Both the position numbers and the translations under genes were made by a program. From a bacterium (GTDB taxonomy: Bacteria > Zhuqueibacterota > Zhuqueibacteria > Oceanimicrobiales > Oceanimicrobiaceae): a DNA stretch of 33,132 bases. Positions 29,518-33,132 of the stretch are shown piece after piece (the first letter of the stretch is position 1; every line of letters begins with the position of its first letter). The stretch is taken from assembly GCA_046758365.1 (NCBI GenBank), contig JBHIAC010000021.1, positions 1 to 33,132 of the forward strand, in the 5' to 3' direction. The notes beneath the pieces are model-generated. The model was not told the origin of the DNA and made no database searches. It saw only the letters and a program-made list of their open reading frames with translations.

Positions 29518-30876
29518 ATGGTATCAAAGCTCTGGGAAAGCGAAAAACAGAGATTAACGGAAATATTGTTTAGAAGAGTAACCCAAGGAAAGGAAAAGGT
29601 TGTATATAATTATATATTAAAAGGAGAATTCCCAGAGGTCTTTCTAGTTTATGTAAAAAGCCATGCCTGTAGGCTTTTCGATGAAGAGAAGCCCCTTCGA
29701 TTCTCCAACCAAGAGCGATATAATCTTAAAAGCGACCAAATAAAAAAACAGTTTGAAGCATTAAAGGAAATTTTGATTAGAGAAACGCTTTTTTCTAAAG
29801 AAGAAATTAGACGCCTTATAAAAATAGCTGTAAGTTTTCAATATGATGCTTTAGTACGTCCCAGACAGACAATAATAGAAATACTTTTTAAATCAACCGA
29901 TAAACGGAATAAAGATGATGTCCTTGTAGTTATTCAGGGCTTCGGTGATGATCGACCGTTTATTAAAAAACTGGTTGCCTCAATTGAGAGTACAGTTACT
30001 GAGATCCATACTCGGCAAGCATTGGATGAATTAACTAGACAATTGGAGACCGATGTTTATAATGAAAAACCAATTTCTACTTTTCTTAAAGAAATTAAAT
30101 TGCTGATCAAATTTGAAGCATCTATAACTGGTGAAGATAATCAAAGAGTAAAATCACAAGTGTTGTTGGGCATGCTCAAAGAAAGGGATTTAAGGCTTAT
30201 GGCTGATGGTATAGAGGATGAAGCTTTGAGTAAGGATTATTGGTCTTTTGAAGAAATTGAAAATGCTTTAGAAAGACACATTTTAGTAGGTGAGCTTGAA
30301 TACTTTAAATCTTCAGAAACTGAAAAGGAAGATTCGGACAAAAGAGTTCATAAGAGGTCCTATAACTTCCGCAAAAACACTATATCTCTCGATGCATTTG
30401 ATGAAATTGATACCAGTTTGGATACCGAAGTTTCTGAAAAACACAAACACAATAATAAATTCGATACTTTGAGGTTTCAATTTGTTGAAGAAAAATCGGA
30501 AATAGAATCTGATGAAAAATCGTCAAAATTAGAATCTTCTTCTTCTCAAAAGATTAAGGAATCTAAAAACTTACGCGACTATGAAGAAACCCTAATTATT
30601 AATCGTCGTGACATAGAAAGCCAACCGCCAGGGCCATATCCTGCTTTACATACCTTAATAAACCATAAGGACCGTAAGATATTTATTAAAAAGATTTTTC
30701 ACAAGGATGGTCAACAATATATTGAATTTATTCAACGCCTAGAAAAACAGGACAAATGGAAAGACGCCAAGGCCATAATTGATGCGGAACTTGAAAAGCT
30801 AGGCATAAGCCCTTATTCTAAAGCGGCAGTTCTGTTGGGAGATGTTGTGTTTTCACGCTATTTTTCAAAAAAATAA
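29518..30876 (+). CDS. Hypothetical cytoplasmic protein
   Basis: 452-aa ORF with a GGGGGA SD-like site, a helical N-terminal part, a charged low-complexity linker and a compact C-terminal domain. Confidence 0.8.
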   Translation: MVSKLWESEKQRLTEILFRRVTQGKEKVVYNYILKGEFPEVFLVYVKSHACRLFDEEKPLRFSNQERYNLKSDQIKKQFEALKEILIRETLFSKEEIRRLIKIAVSFQYDALVRPRQTIIEILFKSTDKRNKDDVLVVIQGFGDDRPFIKKLVASIESTVTEIHTRQALDELTRQLETDVYNEKPISTFLKEIKLLIKFEASITGEDNQRVKSQVLLGMLKERDLRLMADGIEDEALSKDYWSFEEIENALERHILVGELEYFKSSETEKEDSDKRVHKRSYNFRKNTISLDAFDEIDTSLDTEVSEKHKHNNKFDTLRFQFVEEKSEIESDEKSSKLESSSSQKIKESKNLRDYEETLIINRRDIESQPPGPYPALHTLINHKDRKIFIKKIFHKDGQQYIEFIQRLEKQDKWKDAKAIIDAELEKLGISPYSKAAVLLGDVVFSRYFSKK

Positions 30877-30893
30877 AAATAGTTTTAATTAGT

Positions 30894-31481
30894 ATGCCGT
30901 TAAGCACAAAATTGGGTGGTACACAAATTCGCTTTTATCTTTTGTCTAGCCTATTCGCTGCTTTAACGGCTGTTGGTGCGTTCATCAAAATTCCCCTGCC
31001 ATACACTCCTATACCCATAACTTTACAATCTTTATTTGTTATTCTTGCTGGATCCGTTCTGGGACCGAAATTTGGGGCTATGAGTCAACTTATTTATCTC
31101 GTTGTAGGACTTTTGGGCGTCCCAATTTTTGCTCATGGCGGGGGCCCCGGTTATATTTTTCAGCCAACCTTTGGATATCTTATAGGCTTTCCTGTTGGCG
31201 CCTTTGTTGTTGGCTATATAGTCTGGGGGAATCGAAGATATCAAAACCAAAGTCCTCCAACATTTCAACGAATTTGTATTTCCAATATCTTAGGGGTGTT
31301 TATTATTTTTATATTTGGGGTGACCTTTTACTTTTTGAATATAAATTTTCTTGTTGGTAAAAAGATGTCTTTACAGTTCGTCCTCAAAACAAGCATTGCT
31401 TTTTTTATTCCTGGAGATGTTTTAAAGATTCTTGTTAGCACCTTGATGGCTTTTAAGATTACTCGCGTCTTAACGTTTTAA
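30894..31481 (+). CDS. bioY: Biotin transporter BioY (ECF S component)
   Basis: PIPITLQ, LGPKFG, GLLGVPIFA, PTFGYLIGF and FIPGDVLK motifs; multiple TM segments. Confidence 0.93.
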   Translation: MPLSTKLGGTQIRFYLLSSLFAALTAVGAFIKIPLPYTPIPITLQSLFVILAGSVLGPKFGAMSQLIYLVVGLLGVPIFAHGGGPGYIFQPTFGYLIGFPVGAFVVGYIVWGNRRYQNQSPPTFQRICISNILGVFIIFIFGVTFYFLNINFLVGKKMSLQFVLKTSIAFFIPGDVLKILVSTLMAFKITRVLTF

Positions 31482-31505
31482 TTTTTAACAATCCCAATTA
31501 TTTAT

Positions 31506-32522
31506 ATGGATCATAAAATTAAAACCGGGATCAGCTATTTCGGAAACCGTAATCCCCGTCACTTTGTGAGTGATCTGGAAGAGATCCTGAATCACAACTG
31601 CAATTTTATTGTACACACTTTTTCAGAAAATGATCAAGAATTTTATAAAGACACTATCGGGGAGTTGATTTCAGTTTCAAAGGATGCTGGGCTGGAGTGC
31701 TATTTGGACCCCTGGGGGATCGGCCGAGTATTTGGGGGTGAAACTTACAGCAGTTTTGCATTAAAAAATAGAGATGCCTGCCAGGTCTTGCCAGATGGTG
31801 AACCAGCACCGGCAGCTTGTATGAACCATCCTAAATTTAGAGAGTTTATGCAACATTGGATAAAGGATGCTGCTGATATGGGTGCCGAGGTGCTATTTTG
31901 GGATGAACCCCATTTTTTTGTGAACCCAAAAGAGAAAAAGCGGTTCAATCAGTGGTATTGCATCTGTAAAGCTTGCATCGAAAAATTTAGAAAATGTATG
32001 AATAAGGAATATTCTGAAGCGACATCAGAAGAAATCAATCGTTTTCAAGAAGAGTCAGTTGTGAATTTTACCAAAGAACTGTGTGATTTAACTCGGGCTA
32101 CGGGATTGAAGAATGCAGTGTGCTTGTTACCATTTAAGGATAATACCCTCGGTCTTTCTGATTGGTCGTTAGTTGCAAGTATCCCTAATCTTGATATTTT
32201 CGGTACTGATCCTTACTGGATATTTTTTGAAAAAGACCTTCGTCAATTTGTAGGAGATTACGCACGAGAGGTTCAAAACCTTTGCAAGAAATATGATAAA
32301 GAGCCACAAATTTGGATTCAAGCCTACAAAATACCCGCGGGTCGCGAGGAGGAACTTAAAGAAGCGGTGGCCGTGGCCTACTCTGAAGGGATTCGTAATT
32401 TTGCTGCTTGGAGTTATTATGGAACCGCTTATATGTCTTACATCCGCAGCGATAACCCCCAAAAAGTTTGGCAAGTTTTGGGTGAAGTTTATGGTGAGCT
32501 TCAGCGGGGGGAGTGGGAGTAA
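31506..32522 (+). CDS. Putative TIM-barrel glycoside-hydrolase-like protein
   Basis: DPWGIG.VFGGE, CMNHPKFR, FWDEPH, Cys cluster CICKAC and GTDPYW; no signal peptide. Confidence 0.6.
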   Translation: MDHKIKTGISYFGNRNPRHFVSDLEEILNHNCNFIVHTFSENDQEFYKDTIGELISVSKDAGLECYLDPWGIGRVFGGETYSSFALKNRDACQVLPDGEPAPAACMNHPKFREFMQHWIKDAADMGAEVLFWDEPHFFVNPKEKKRFNQWYCICKACIEKFRKCMNKEYSEATSEEINRFQEESVVNFTKELCDLTRATGLKNAVCLLPFKDNTLGLSDWSLVASIPNLDIFGTDPYWIFFEKDLRQFVGDYAREVQNLCKKYDKEPQIWIQAYKIPAGREEELKEAVAVAYSEGIRNFAAWSYYGTAYMSYIRSDNPQKVWQVLGEVYGELQRGEWE

Positions 32523-32581
32523 TTTTTTATTTTAAAACTTTTATCACTATTTTGACAGAGGTGATAAGTGATGGATATAAA

Positions 32582-32653
32582 ATGATAAAAAAAGTGGAAG
32601 TCAAAAATTTTAAATCTTTAAAACATTTGCGAACACTTTTAAAAATGAATTAG
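32582..32653 (+). pseudogene. 23-codon ORF resembling the N-terminus of an ABC/SMC-like (AAA_15/AAA_21-type) ATPase
   Basis: MIKKVEVKNFKSLKHLRTLLKMN*: contains the M-I-x-x-hydrophobic-x-hydrophobic-x-N-F-K-S motif, but stops before any Walker A. Confidence 0.45.
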
Positions 32654-32659
32654 CTTTAT

Positions 32660-33132
32660 ATGAAACGCCTCCGAAAACTCCTCACAAAAACCCAAAAGCT
32701 GATCGTGGGACTTATATCAGGCACCTCAATGGATGGTGTCGATGCCGCCTTAGTGAAAATAAGAAATCACGGTTTGGAAACCAATCTTGAACTCATTCAT
32801 TTTGTTACATATCCTTATCCGTTGGGCCTAAAGGAAAAGCTATTAGAAATTTCGACCCCAGGGCAAGGCAGTGTTGATGAGATTTGTCGATTTAATTTCC
32901 TATTAGGAGAAATTTTTTCCAATGCGGTTATGGCGCTTCTCAATGACGTGGCTGTAAAGCCAGAACAGGTGGATTTAATCGGTTCACATGGTCAAACAGT
33001 ACAGCATCTTCCAGGGGACAAGCAACTTTTTAATTACAAAATAAGGTCTACCTTGCAGTTAGGGGAACCTTCAGTGATTGCTAAACGGACCGGAATTTTA
33101 ACGGTGGCTGATTTCCGTCCCGCGGATATGGC
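32660..33132 (+). CDS. anmK: Anhydro-N-acetylmuramic acid kinase (partial, runs off the right edge)
   Basis: Manual translation MKRLRKLL..IVGLISGTSMDGVDAALV..IGSHGQTVQH..STLQLGEP..TVADFRPADM; the frame is open to the window end. Confidence 0.95.
   Translation, partial: MKRLRKLLTKTQKLIVGLISGTSMDGVDAALVKIRNHGLETNLELIHFVTYPYPLGLKEKLLEISTPGQGSVDEICRFNFLLGEIFSNAVMALLNDVAVKPEQVDLIGSHGQTVQHLPGDKQLFNYKIRSTLQLGEPSVIAKRTGILTVADFRPADM

Noticed and set aside
32651..32653. Possible TAG read-through or recoding fusing the micro-ORF to anmK
   Set aside because: TAG ends dnaN, murQ, surA and the parvulin gene at plausible C-termini, and AnmK appears complete from ATG 32660.

Overview
Low-GC bacterial chromosome segment spanning the replication origin. 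Left arm, all minus strand: rpmH (missing from the ORF track)-rnpA-yidD-yidC-mnmE-mnmG-rsmG-murQ-mfd-parvulin lipoprotein-surA-like-DUF456-like-DUF4159-like-DUF4175-like-TPR-small ORF. Right arm, all plus strand: dnaA-dnaN-recF-DUF721/DciA-gyrB-gyrA-hypothetical-bioY-TIM-barrel glycoside-hydrolase-like-anmK (cut by the window edge). Gene content suggests an FCB-superphylum diderm such as KSB1/Calditrichota/Ignavibacteria (inference only). Non-coding signals read directly: DnaA-box clusters on both sides of dnaA; a Bacillus-like unwinding module (overlapping tandem boxes, DnaA-trios, AT-rich tract) before dnaN; two perfect parS palindromes bracketing mnmG with no parAB in the window; divergent sigma70-type promoters; two intrinsic terminators; and a 91-bp imperfect palindrome. 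The least ordinary items are a ~53% GC, start-less group II intron reverse-transcriptase fragment at 1-183 abutting an antitoxin-like ORF, and micro-ORFs upstream of anmK, one resembling an ATPase N-terminal remnant. The window is mostly housekeeping; I see no complete novel system, only these leads. Family names come from recalled motifs, not database searches.
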